NCBI GenBank assembly: GCA_038245375.1
Contig: JBBRSN010000001.1
Coordinates: 23,930 to 87,929 of the forward strand
Direction: 5' to 3'
DNA from: Sphingomonadales bacterium
GTDB lineage: Bacteria; Pseudomonadota; Alphaproteobacteria; Sphingomonadales; Sphingomonadaceae
DNA length: 64,000 nucleotides
In this document: piece after piece, positions 35,133-43,676 of the stretch
How positions within the stretch are numbered: the first letter of the stretch is position 1
How the letters are laid out: every line of letters starts with the position of its first letter
The notes under the pieces: model-generated
The model's database searches: none
What the model was told of the DNA's origin: nothing
Seen by the model: the letters and a program-made list of their open reading frames with translations, nothing else
Program-made: the position numbers and the translations under genes

Positions 35133-36062
35133 TCAGCTGCGCGCGAGCAGTTCCCGTGCCCGGGCACAATCGGCTTCCATCTGCGTGGTGAGCGCCGCCA
35201 GCGTGTCGAACTTCGCTTCAGGGCGGAGATAGTCGATCAACTCTACCTCGATCCGTTGGCCGTAGAGGTCGCCCGAAAAATCGAAGAAATACGGTTCGAG
35301 CAGTTCCTTGGGCGGTTCGAAGCTCGGGCGGATGCCGAGATTGGCGGCGCCGTCGAGTACGCGCCCGTCGGGTAGTCGTCCGCGCACGGCGTAAATGCCA
35401 TAAGCGGGACGCAGATAGCTGCCGAGATCGATATTGGCGGTCGGGTAACCGATTGTCCGGCCGAGCTTGGCACCGTGCGTCACGATGCCCTCGATCGCCC
35501 ATGGTCGCGTCAGCAGGCGCGCCGCCTCGCGCGGCTGGCCGGCGACGAGCATATCGCGAATGCGGCTCGATGACACGGTGCGGCCGTCGAGCGACACCGG
35601 GCCGACGGTGTCGACGGTAAAGCCGCTGCGGCGGCCGAGTTCGGCGAGCAGTGCGACATTGCCGCCCTTGGCCTTGCCAAAGGTGAAGTCCTCGCCGGTA
35701 ACCACGCCGCCGACCTGCGCGGCAGCAACCAGCCGCTGGGCGACGAATTCCCCGGCGGTCAGCGCCGCGAGCGCGGCGTCGAACCTTAACACCAGCATCG
35801 CATCGGCGCCGGCCGCACCGAACAGCCTCTCGCGCTGGTCGAGCGTGGTGAGGCGGAAGGGCGGGGCGTCGGGGCGGAACAGCCGCACCGGATGGGGATC
35901 GAAGGTGGCGACGATGGCGGGTCGGCCGGCGGCGCGCGCGGCGGCGATGGCCCGGCCGACCACGGCCTGGTGCCCAAGATGAAATCCATCGAAATTACCC
36001 AGCGCGACGATGCCGCCGGCGAGATGCGGGGGCAGCGCCGAGCCGCCGTCAAGCCGCTCCAT
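35133..36062 (-). CDS. ribF: Bifunctional riboflavin kinase/FAD synthetase
   Basis: GNFDGFHLGHQAV, GAKLGRTIGYPTANI, IEVELIDYLRPE.KF. Confidence 0.92.
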   Translation of the reverse strand: MERLDGGSALPPHLAGGIVALGNFDGFHLGHQAVVGRAIAAARAAGRPAIVATFDPHPVRLFRPDAPPFRLTTLDQRERLFGAAGADAMLVLRFDAALAALTAGEFVAQRLVAAAQVGGVVTGEDFTFGKAKGGNVALLAELGRRSGFTVDTVGPVSLDGRTVSSSRIRDMLVAGQPREAARLLTRPWAIEGIVTHGAKLGRTIGYPTANIDLGSYLRPAYGIYAVRGRLPDGRVLDGAANLGIRPSFEPPKELLEPYFFDFSGDLYGQRIEVELIDYLRPEAKFDTLAALTTQMEADCARARELLARS

Positions 36063-36133
36063 GGTGGCGGGCTATAGGGGGGTGCGGGAAGGGCGCAAAG
36101 GGCTTATGAACTTTTGCGACAGCAGCCATGGTT

Positions 36134-36239
36134 CCTTCCCCGGCGAAGGCCGGGGCCCAGCCGGAATGGCGGAAGCAATGAGGCGCAAAGTCCGTTTACC
36201 GCCGTTCCCAAGCTGGGCCCCGGCCTTCGCCGGGGAAGG
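36134..36239. repeat. Family A palindromic element, copy A3
   Basis: CTTCCCCGGCGAAGGCCGGGGCCCAG ... CTGGGCCCCGGCCTTCGCCGGGGAAG, between the FAAL stop and the ribF start. Confidence 0.7.
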
Positions 36240-36272
36240 CGGGATATTATGCCTCTCGACCAAACTGGTCGC

Positions 36273-38042
36273 TCAGGCGGCGAGATCGTAGGGCTTGATG
36301 TCGCCGCTGAGATAGAGGTTGCGGGCCTTGGCACGGCTGAGCTTGCCCGAGCTGGTGCGCGGCAGCGTGCGTGGCGGGATCAGCTCGACGACGCAGTTCA
36401 TGCCGGTGACTGAACGGACTCGCTCACGAATCTCGTCGCGCAGGCGCAGGCGCTCGGCCTCGTCGGAGCTGCGGCACTGTACCAGCACCGCCGGCGTTTC
36501 CTCGCCGCCCGGGGTGGTGATGGCGAAGGCGGCGATGTCGCCGGCCTTGAAGCCGGGCAGCTGCTCGACTGCCCATTCGATATCCTGCGGCCAGTGGTTG
36601 CGGCCGTTGATGATGATCATGTCCTTGGCGCGGCCGACGATGTAGACATAGCCGTCGCTGAGATAGCCCATGTCGCCGGTGTCGAGCCAACCGTCGACCA
36701 TGCAGGCGGCGGTCGCCTCGGGATCGCGGAAATAGCCGACCATCAACGACGGACCGGTGCACCATACCTTGCCGATCGCACGTTCGGGCAGCGGGGTGCC
36801 GTCTTCCTCGCGGATCTCGATGCGCATGTCGCGCGCCGGCTTGCCGCAATTGACGATAGCGCGGAAGCGCTGCGGCCGGTCCTGGCCGTGCGCGACCCCG
36901 GAAAGCTGGGTTTCTTCGACCAGCTCGACGCGGATTCCCTCGCCCGGCGGCATGATCGACACCGCCAGCGTCGCCTCGGCGAGGCCATAGCTGGGCAGGA
37001 AAGCCGAGGCCTTGAAGCCGGCATCGGCAAAGGCATCGACGAAATGCTGCATCACGTCGGGACGAATCATGTCCGCACCATTCCCCGCCACGCGCCAGCG
37101 CGACAGGTCGAAACGGTCGGCGACATGGCTCTGCGTGCCGATGCGCCGCGAGCAGATGTCGTAACCGAAGGTCGGCGAATAGGAGAGCGTGGTGCCCTTG
37201 TTGCGACTGATCAGGTCGAGCCAGGCAAGCGGACGGCGCGCGAAATCCTCGGTCTTGAGATAGTCGGCCGATACCTGGTTGGCGACCGGCGACAGGAAGC
37301 AGCCGACCAGGCCCATGTCATGATACAAGGGCAGCCAAGAGACGCAGCGATCACTGTCCTGGACTTGCATGTTGTGGCTGTGGGCGGCGAGATTGTTGAG
37401 CAGCGCATGATGCGTGATCGCGACACCGTGCGGGAAACGCGTCGAGCCGCTGGAATATTGCAGATAGGCGATCGCCGAACCATCGGAGGCCGGCAGTGCC
37501 GTCGCTGGCGCGGTGCGCGCGGCGAACTCGGACCAGTCGATACCCTCGATGTCGACCAGCCGGGCGGCGTCGCCGGCCATCTGCGCCAGTTCGGGCGGAT
37601 AGATCAGCATCGTCGGGTCGCAGCTGGCGAGCTGGACGCGGAGTTGCTCGATATAGGAATCGCGGCCGCCGAACGAGGTCGGCAGCGGCAGCGGAACGGG
37701 CCAGCCGCCGGCATAGACAACGCCGAAGAACAACGCGGCGAATTCCGGGCCGGTTTCCGCGATCAGCGCGATGCGGTCCTCCGGCTTGACGCCGGCCGCG
37801 ATCAGCCGCCGCGCCATCGCCAATGCGTCGTCGCGCAATTCGCGATAGGGGTAGGGCTGCAGCAGCGCGCCACGCGCGTCGTGGAAGTTCAGGCCGCGCG
37901 TACCCTGCGCTGCATAGTCGAGCGCCTCACCCAGCGTCGCGAAGTCCGCCAGACGGCGCGGTAGCGCATCCTCGGTCGGCGTCGGGAGAAGAACCGGCCT
38001 TTCGGCCAGTAGTTCTCCGGAGTCCGCAACGTCGATTGCCAT
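36273..38042 (-). CDS. Fatty acyl-AMP ligase (FAAL)-type adenylate-forming enzyme
   Basis: YLQYSSGSTRFPHGV, WLPLYHDMGL, SYSPTFGYD, GDMGY..DGYVYIVGRAKD, typical of the FAAL subgroup of the ANL superfamily. Confidence 0.82.
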   Translation of the reverse strand: MAIDVADSGELLAERPVLLPTPTEDALPRRLADFATLGEALDYAAQGTRGLNFHDARGALLQPYPYRELRDDALAMARRLIAAGVKPEDRIALIAETGPEFAALFFGVVYAGGWPVPLPLPTSFGGRDSYIEQLRVQLASCDPTMLIYPPELAQMAGDAARLVDIEGIDWSEFAARTAPATALPASDGSAIAYLQYSSGSTRFPHGVAITHHALLNNLAAHSHNMQVQDSDRCVSWLPLYHDMGLVGCFLSPVANQVSADYLKTEDFARRPLAWLDLISRNKGTTLSYSPTFGYDICSRRIGTQSHVADRFDLSRWRVAGNGADMIRPDVMQHFVDAFADAGFKASAFLPSYGLAEATLAVSIMPPGEGIRVELVEETQLSGVAHGQDRPQRFRAIVNCGKPARDMRIEIREEDGTPLPERAIGKVWCTGPSLMVGYFRDPEATAACMVDGWLDTGDMGYLSDGYVYIVGRAKDMIIINGRNHWPQDIEWAVEQLPGFKAGDIAAFAITTPGGEETPAVLVQCRSSDEAERLRLRDEIRERVRSVTGMNCVVELIPPRTLPRTSSGKLSRAKARNLYLSGDIKPYDLAA

Positions 38043-38119
38043 AGTATATTAGCGCCCTTGCCTGCGACTCCTCACGAGGGCCGCTTGTTGTGAAGCGTGC
38101 ACCCCTGAAGCCGCCAGGC

Positions 38120-38134
38120 GTTCAAAATCCGTTC
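38120..38134 (+). promoter_or_regulatory. Alphaproteobacterial SOS (LexA) box GTTC-N7-GTTC
   Basis: GTTCAAAATCCGTTC is an exact match to the direct-repeat consensus, 25 nt upstream of the recX ATG at 38159. Confidence 0.55.
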
Positions 38135-38158
38135 CGACTGTGGCACAATGATGGCGCT

Positions 38159-38719
38159 ATGTCGCTGGATAGGGTGCGCTCTCGTCGCGCTGAACGCGCT
38201 CGACGGCCGCCGGTGCCGCTGGAAACGGCTGCCCTGGAGCGGTTGGCGCTGCATTATGTCGAGCGTTTTTCGACCACAAGGGCGCGTCTTGCAGACTATT
38301 TGCGGCGCAAGATTCGCGAGCGCGGCTGGGAGGGGCCGGTTGCCGATCCGGCGGCGATCGCCGCGCACCTCGCCGAGCTTGGCTATGTCGACGATCGCGC
38401 GTTCGGCGAAGCGCGGGCGCGCGCGATGGCGCGGCGTGGGCTCGGGCGGCGGCGCGTCGATGGCGCGCTGCGCCAGGCCGGGGTCGACGAGACCGATGCG
38501 GAAGCGCTTGCACCGGCGATCGCCGAACAGGCGACCGATGCCGCGCTGACCTTTGCGCGGCGCAAGCGCATCGGGCCGTTTGCCGACACGCTTGCGGATC
38601 GACCGCAGCGCGAGAAGCAACTCGGTGCGATGGTGCGGGCCGGGCATGATTTCGCGCTGGCGCGGCGGATCATCGCGATGGCGCCCGGCGATGACGTGGC
38701 GACGTTGATCGAGCTCTAG
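38159..38719 (+). CDS. recX: RecA regulator RecX
   Basis: ALERLALHYVERFSTTRARL..YL..K....GYVDD.AF..A....M..RG.G.RR. A GTG at 38090 is possible but would put the SOS box inside the coding region. Confidence 0.8.
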   Translation: MSLDRVRSRRAERARRPPVPLETAALERLALHYVERFSTTRARLADYLRRKIRERGWEGPVADPAAIAAHLAELGYVDDRAFGEARARAMARRGLGRRRVDGALRQAGVDETDAEALAPAIAEQATDAALTFARRKRIGPFADTLADRPQREKQLGAMVRAGHDFALARRIIAMAPGDDVATLIEL

Positions 38720-38780
38720 CCGCAGCGTCTTTCGCGCGCGGGGTTTTCCGTGTTACAGCTCGTTCCCGGGGGCATGTCGT

Positions 38781-39365
38781 ATGCGTAACGAACCGCAGGC
38801 CGCGACACGGGCGAGGCCGGAGTGGAGTGAGGATGAGCGCGATGCGCCGGTCGACGAGACCGGCCATTTGCTGTCGGGTACGCTCAAATGGTTCGACGTG
38901 ACGCGCGGCTTCGGCTTCCTCGTCGCCGACCAGACCGGGGTCGGCGACATCCTCATTCATTTTTCGGTGCTCCAGGCGCATGGCCGGCGCAGCGTGCCGG
39001 AGGGCGCGCGAATCGAATGTCGCGCGGTGCGTGGTGATCGCGGGCTGCAGGCGAGCGAGATCCTGTCGATCGATCTGGGCAACATCGTCGAGCCGCCGGT
39101 GCGCGCGCGCGCCGCCGACCGGGTCGATCCCGCGGCGTTGATAGAGTCGGCAGGGCCGTTCGAGCCGGTAACGGTAAAGTGGTTCAACCGCCTGAAGGGC
39201 TATGGCTTTCTGATACGCGATTCGGATTCGGCCGACATATTCGTGCACATGGAAACACTGCGCCGTGCCGGACTGGCCGAGGTAGAGCCCGATCAGCCGC
39301 TGCGCGCGCGGATCGTCGAAGGCCGCAAGGGCCCGCTCGCCGTGGTGGTCGAGGCGGACGATTGA
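38781..39365 (+). CDS. Cold-shock-domain protein with two CSDs
   Basis: GTLKWFDVTRGFGFLV and VTVKWFNRLKGYGFLI RNP1-like motifs in tandem. Confidence 0.85.
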   Translation: MRNEPQAATRARPEWSEDERDAPVDETGHLLSGTLKWFDVTRGFGFLVADQTGVGDILIHFSVLQAHGRRSVPEGARIECRAVRGDRGLQASEILSIDLGNIVEPPVRARAADRVDPAALIESAGPFEPVTVKWFNRLKGYGFLIRDSDSADIFVHMETLRRAGLAEVEPDQPLRARIVEGRKGPLAVVVEADD

Positions 39366-39458
39366 CGGCGTGACGGCGATTGCGATGGTGCCCGGCCCAT
39401 TGCATGGGTGCGATGGCGACGCCGGGGCTGGACCCGCGCCGATGAGGGAATATCGCGC

Positions 39459-40295
39459 ATGAAGCGACTGATCGGCGCCGTGGCGCTGCTGGCATTGCTC
39501 GCGCTTGCCGGCTGGATGCTGTGGAAGCCGTCCGATGACGGGCAACTGCCGGTCTATGGCGTCACCGTCGCGGCGACCTACCCGCACGACAGGGCGGCCT
39601 TCACCGAAGGATTGTTTTTCGAGGATGGCGCGCTCTACGAAAGCACCGGTCAGGCCGGTCAGTCCGGCTTCAGGCAGGTCGAGCCCAAGACCGGGCGCGT
39701 GATCAAGCGCGCCGAGCTGCCCGCACCGTATTTCGGCGAGGGCATCGTGCCGTGGAAAGACAAATTGTACGAATTTACGTGGAAGGATCAGAAGGGCTTT
39801 ATCTACGGGCTGCGGGATTTTTCGCCGATCGGCGAATTCAGCTATGCCGGCGAGGGCTGGGGTGCGACGCACAACGACCATTTCATCATCATGAGCGACG
39901 GCACGGCGGTGTTGCGCTTCCTCGATCCCGACTCGCTGCAGACGGTGTCGACGCTGAAGGTCACCGCCCATGGTTGCCCGGTGGCCAACCTCAACGAGCT
40001 CGAATGGGTCGACGGGCAGATCTACGCCAATATCTGGCAGACCAACCTGATTGCCCGCATCGACCCGAAAAGCGGCGCGGTGCTGAGCTTTCTCGATATG
40101 AGCGGCCTCGGCCCGAAGGATCGCGACCGCGACGACGTGCCCAACGGCATCGCCTATGACGCGGCGCAGCGGCACCTCTACGTCACGGGAAAAAGGTGGC
40201 CGCAACTCTACGAGATTCGACCCGGCGCGACCCGGGTGTCGTCAAGCGAGGCGGCGGCCCTGTCGGCCTGTGGCGCAGCGGGCGCGTCGCAATGA
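39459..40295 (+). CDS. Glutaminyl-peptide cyclotransferase (beta-propeller, plant/bacterial type)
   Basis: Start MKRLIGAVALLALLALAG. YPHD..AFTEGL.F.DG.LYESTG, FGEGI....DKLY..TWK...GF.Y. Confidence 0.82.
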   Translation: MKRLIGAVALLALLALAGWMLWKPSDDGQLPVYGVTVAATYPHDRAAFTEGLFFEDGALYESTGQAGQSGFRQVEPKTGRVIKRAELPAPYFGEGIVPWKDKLYEFTWKDQKGFIYGLRDFSPIGEFSYAGEGWGATHNDHFIIMSDGTAVLRFLDPDSLQTVSTLKVTAHGCPVANLNELEWVDGQIYANIWQTNLIARIDPKSGAVLSFLDMSGLGPKDRDRDDVPNGIAYDAAQRHLYVTGKRWPQLYEIRPGATRVSSSEAAALSACGAAGASQ

Positions 40296-40390
40296 TCGCG
40301 GACGTGGATCGTCCGTTGTCGGCGGATGACGCGTCGTTGCGATACGCGACGGCCATTGCGGTTCGCCGGGACAGGTCTTAAGCGCGCGGC

Positions 40391-40783
40391 ATGGGCATCA
40401 ATCTCAATCCATTCACCTGGTGGAACGGCGCCAGCTGGGGAACCATGGTCGGGCTGATCGGCAAGCGCCGCGTCGGCGAGGATTCGCTCGGCAATGTCTA
40501 TTACCAGGGCGGGCGCGACACCAACGGCAACCCGCGGCGCTGGGTGATCTACAACGGCCCCAACGACGCGAGTCGGGTTGCGCCGGAATGGTTCAGCTGG
40601 CTGCATCATCAGGTCGATGACCTGCCCGACCGCGCGCTGCCCGCGCCGCGTGCGTGGCAGAAGCCCGCAATCCCCAATATGACCGGCACCGTGCTTGCCT
40701 ATCGCCCGCCCGGCGCGATGGAAAAGGGCGGCCATCGCGCCGCCGCGACCGGCGATTATGAAGCGTGGACGCCCGACGCGTGA
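40391..40783 (+). CDS. NDUFA12-like (NADH:ubiquinone oxidoreductase subunit 17.2-like) protein
   Basis: GEDSLGNVYYQ......RRWVIYNG.NDASRVAPEWFSWLHH. Confidence 0.85.
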   Translation: MGINLNPFTWWNGASWGTMVGLIGKRRVGEDSLGNVYYQGGRDTNGNPRRWVIYNGPNDASRVAPEWFSWLHHQVDDLPDRALPAPRAWQKPAIPNMTGTVLAYRPPGAMEKGGHRAAATGDYEAWTPDA

Positions 40784-41454
40784 GCGATTCGCGCCGCTGG
40801 ATTCTGGCGGCGACGGGCTTCGCGCTGCTCGCCACGGCGGGATGCGGCGAAAAGAAGCCGGGCGCCGACCCCAATGCCAGGCCGACGCCGCGAACCGCGC
40901 TCGACGAGGACAGCGGACCGCCTGACGTCACGACGGTCGACCTGCCGAGCGGCGCCGACCCGTCTTATGGCGCGACGCCGATGGCGCGGCGGGTCGCCGT
41001 GCTTGGCCTGCTCAACAAGCGCAATGGCGTGGTGCGCGAGATCACGTTGAAGCCGGGTAACGCGGCGCGGGTCGGCGACGTGATCGTGCGCCTCGCGGCA
41101 TGCGAGCAGACCGCACCGTGGGAACAGGAACATTATACCGGTGCCTTCGTGCAGGTCGACGTGCAGCAGTTCGACAAGAGCTGGCGCAGATTCTTCTCGG
41201 GTTGGCTCTACAAGGAGCGGCCAACGCTCAACGTCGTGCAGCACCCGATCTACGACGTGTGGGTCAAGAGCTGCGCGATGACTTTCCCGGAAGGTGGCCC
41301 GGCATCGGTCAGCGCGGGCGGCTTGTCCGGATCGGGCGCCGCGACGCCGAGTCGGTCGAGCGCGGCGAAGTCGCCCGTGTTGAAGCCGCCCGACGTGACC
41401 CCGGCCGCCGTGCCGACCACGCCGTCGAGTGCGCCGCCGAGCAGCCCGAGATAG
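40780..41454 (+). CDS. DUF2155-domain lipoprotein with a Pro/Ser/Ala-rich C-terminal tail
   Basis: GTG overlaps the NDUFA12-like stop (GTGA). LLATAGC lipobox. VAVLGLLNKRNG...ACEQTAPWE...AFVQVD...HPIYDVWVKSC. The frame has no stop until 41454. Confidence 0.7.
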   Translation: MSDSRRWILAATGFALLATAGCGEKKPGADPNARPTPRTALDEDSGPPDVTTVDLPSGADPSYGATPMARRVAVLGLLNKRNGVVREITLKPGNAARVGDVIVRLAACEQTAPWEQEHYTGAFVQVDVQQFDKSWRRFFSGWLYKERPTLNVVQHPIYDVWVKSCAMTFPEGGPASVSAGGLSGSGAATPSRSSAAKSPVLKPPDVTPAAVPTTPSSAPPSSPR

Positions 41455-42026
41455 GCGGCACGGGGAATTTCGACCGCGCCGAGCGAGGCGAGGTGCCCGG
41501 TCATGAACTGGCAGTCGAGCAGGGTGAAACCGCCGACCCGCAACCGGGCGACGAGCCAGGCGATCGCGACCTTGGACGCGTCGCGCGCGCGGCTGACCAT
41601 GCTCTCGCCGAAGAACGCGCGGCCAAGCGCGAGGCCGTAAAGGCCGCCGGCGAGGCGGTCGCCGTCCCATATCTCGACCGAATGCGCGAAACCGCGGCGA
41701 TGTAGCGTGACGAAAGCCTGCTCGATCTGCGGGTTGATCCAGGTGTCGGGCCGTTCATCGGCGGCCTCCGCGCACAGCGCGATGATGCGGTCGAACGCGG
41801 TATCGACGGTCACGCGGAAGCGGTCGGCGACGATCGTCTTGCGCAGCGAGTGCGACAGATGGAAGCCATCGAGTGGCAGGATGGCGCGGGTCTTGGGTTC
41901 GACCCAGTAAACGCTGTCGGCATCGCGGCCGTCGGCCATCGGGAAGACCCCGACGGCATAGGCGCCGAGCACGAGTTGCGGATCCAGCGGCGTTACGACC
42001 GGGCGGTCAGCCGAGCCGTGGTTCAT
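41250..42026 (-). CDS. aat: Leucyl/phenylalanyl-tRNA--protein transferase
   Basis: Start MNHGSADR at 42026. LVLGAYAVGVFPMADG, WINPQIEQAFVTLHRRGFAHSVE.W, FGESMVS, DCQ..T.HL.SLGA.EI.R. Confidence 0.88.
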   Translation of the reverse strand: MNHGSADRPVVTPLDPQLVLGAYAVGVFPMADGRDADSVYWVEPKTRAILPLDGFHLSHSLRKTIVADRFRVTVDTAFDRIIALCAEAADERPDTWINPQIEQAFVTLHRRGFAHSVEIWDGDRLAGGLYGLALGRAFFGESMVSRARDASKVAIAWLVARLRVGGFTLLDCQFMTGHLASLGAVEIPRAAYLGLLGGALDGVVGTAAGVTSGGFNTGDFAALDRLGVAAPDPDKPPALTDAGPPSGKVIAQLLTHTS

Positions 42027-42763
42027 TGCGCCAGGCGTTTCTCGATCACCTGCCATAGATGGGCGAAGGCCCGGGCGCCGACCGATTTGCTGGCAAAGGC
42101 GCCGACCGGTGCGCGCCGCGCGGCCATCGTCTCGACCACACTGGCCATCGGGATGACCGGCCAGTCGGGGTGGCGTGCCAGCGCCTCGGCGTGGAGCTTG
42201 CGGCGGCGATCGACCATCGAATGGACCGGAAGCAACTGCTTCTTGCCGAGATGCCTGGCGACCTCGGCAAAGGCGCGCTCGCTGAGCGGCGAGGGGATGA
42301 CCGGTACGACGACGAGGTCGGCGGCGCGCATCACCTGGTCGCTGGTCTCGGTCAGCCCCGGCGGGCAATCGAGCAGCACGCGGTCATACCCCTTGTGGAT
42401 CGTTTCAATCAGCTTTTGCAGCCGCTTCTTCTTGTCGAGTTCGTGAAACAGCAGGTCGAGACCGCGCAACGACATGTCGGCGCCGATCAGGTCGAGCCGA
42501 TCGATCCCGGTCGCGCGGATCAGCTTGGCCGGCTCGACATCTTTCGAGAAGATCGCCTGCGCCGGCTCGCGCGCGCGGCCATCGGACAGCAGAAAGGTGC
42601 TCGCCGCCTGCGGGTCGAGATCCCACAACAGGGTGCGGCGCGCCGAGAGCGTCGCCGAAGCCCAGGCGAGGTTGACGGTCAGCGTCGTTTTGCCGACGCC
42701 GCCCTTGAGGCTGTAGATCGCGATGGTCGACAAGGACGCGGCTCCGCTTTCAGGTCCGCGCAT
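42023..42763 (-). CDS. ParA/MinD-family P-loop ATPase (orphan)
   Basis: Deviant Walker A YSLKGGVGKTT, DLDPQ, LLDCPPG. Its stop overlaps the aat start (ATGA). The start at 42763 is uncertain. Confidence 0.8.
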   Translation of the reverse strand: MRGPESGAASLSTIAIYSLKGGVGKTTLTVNLAWASATLSARRTLLWDLDPQAASTFLLSDGRAREPAQAIFSKDVEPAKLIRATGIDRLDLIGADMSLRGLDLLFHELDKKKRLQKLIETIHKGYDRVLLDCPPGLTETSDQVMRAADLVVVPVIPSPLSERAFAEVARHLGKKQLLPVHSMVDRRRKLHAEALARHPDWPVIPMASVVETMAARRAPVGAFASKSVGARAFAHLWQVIEKRLAQ

Positions 42764-42882
42764 CGTGCCCAAGCGGCGCTGGCGAGGCAAGCGCGCTGAC
42801 ACGAAAAGGGCCGGCGGATCGCGCCGCCGGCCCTTGTTGATGATGGCCGCTGCCGCTTGTCGGGCAGCGGGAGAAGGCAAGA

Positions 42883-43260
42883 TCAGGACTTGCAGTCTTG
42901 CTCGGGCTTGCCCGGCGAGGTCAGCATGATCGCGGCAGGGGTGCCGGAGAGCAGGTAGCCATCGGCCTTGTACGGTCCGCCTTCGGCGTCGCCGATCAGC
43001 TTGACCGGAATGATCTTGTCGCCGACCCTGACCGTCACCTGCTTGTTGCCGGCGTAGAAATCGACCGTCGCGAGGCTCTGGTCCTTGCAGCGGAAGGTCT
43101 TGGTCGAGGTGATCGCGGGCGGCAGCTCGACCATCGGACGATTGGCCAGCGCCGCAGCTTGCGGGTCGGGCGCGGTCGACGTCACCGTTTCGGTTTTTTG
43201 CTTACAGGCCGACAGCGCAAGCAGCGCGACGGCAGCGGCGGGGAGGAGGCGTTTCATCAT
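42883..43260 (-). CDS. Lipoprotein of unknown function
   Basis: MMKRLLPAAAVALLALSAC lipobox. Two further Cys residues. High GC3. Confidence 0.65.
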   Translation of the reverse strand: MMKRLLPAAAVALLALSACKQKTETVTSTAPDPQAAALANRPMVELPPAITSTKTFRCKDQSLATVDFYAGNKQVTVRVGDKIIPVKLIGDAEGGPYKADGYLLSGTPAAIMLTSPGKPEQDCKS

Positions 43261-43363
43261 GGTGCTGTTTGCTTCGCGCACGCAGCAACGTCCGTCAAGA
43301 CCGTAGTCACCGCATACGATCACAGGGCGGTTGCGTTGCAACAAAAACTTCATCCCGCCGTCA

Positions 43364-43624
43364 TCATTCGTGAAATCCACCAAGGTCGGGGATCCGTCCG
43401 AACGCGATCTTGCTGCCGATGCGGTCGATGCGCCCGCCATGCAGCGGGCCGCGGCTGACGGCGTTTCGCCCGAAGCGCTGGTTGATGCTGTCCATCGCGC
43501 GACTGAGTGTCAGCGTGGAGGTCTCGTGGGCGAGGGTCGCCTGGATCGAGCGGTGCGAACAGCGAATCCGCTCGCCTGCGATTGGTTCGATCTCGGCCCT
43601 GCCCTTAGAACATAGCAGCAACAT
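43364..43624 (-). pseudogene. Possible remnant of a Y-family polymerase (UmuC-type) C-terminus (DUF4113-like)
   Basis: MDSINQRFGRNAVSRG resembles the conserved (L)MxxxDxINxRFGRGTV motif of UmuC C-termini. The ORF is only 86 aa and lies in a lower-GC patch. Confidence 0.35.
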
Positions 43625-43676
43625 AAGATCGGTCTAGACGGTTGACTGACAGCGCTCTTCCGTTCGACAAGGGCAA

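Noticed and set aside
43608-43622. Imperfect SOS box (GAAC-N7-CAAC; on the minus strand GTTG-N7-GTTC) at the start of the UmuC-like fragment.
   Set aside because: It has one mismatch in a short motif and lies inside or at the start of the ORF rather than upstream of a promoter. It is plausibly chance.
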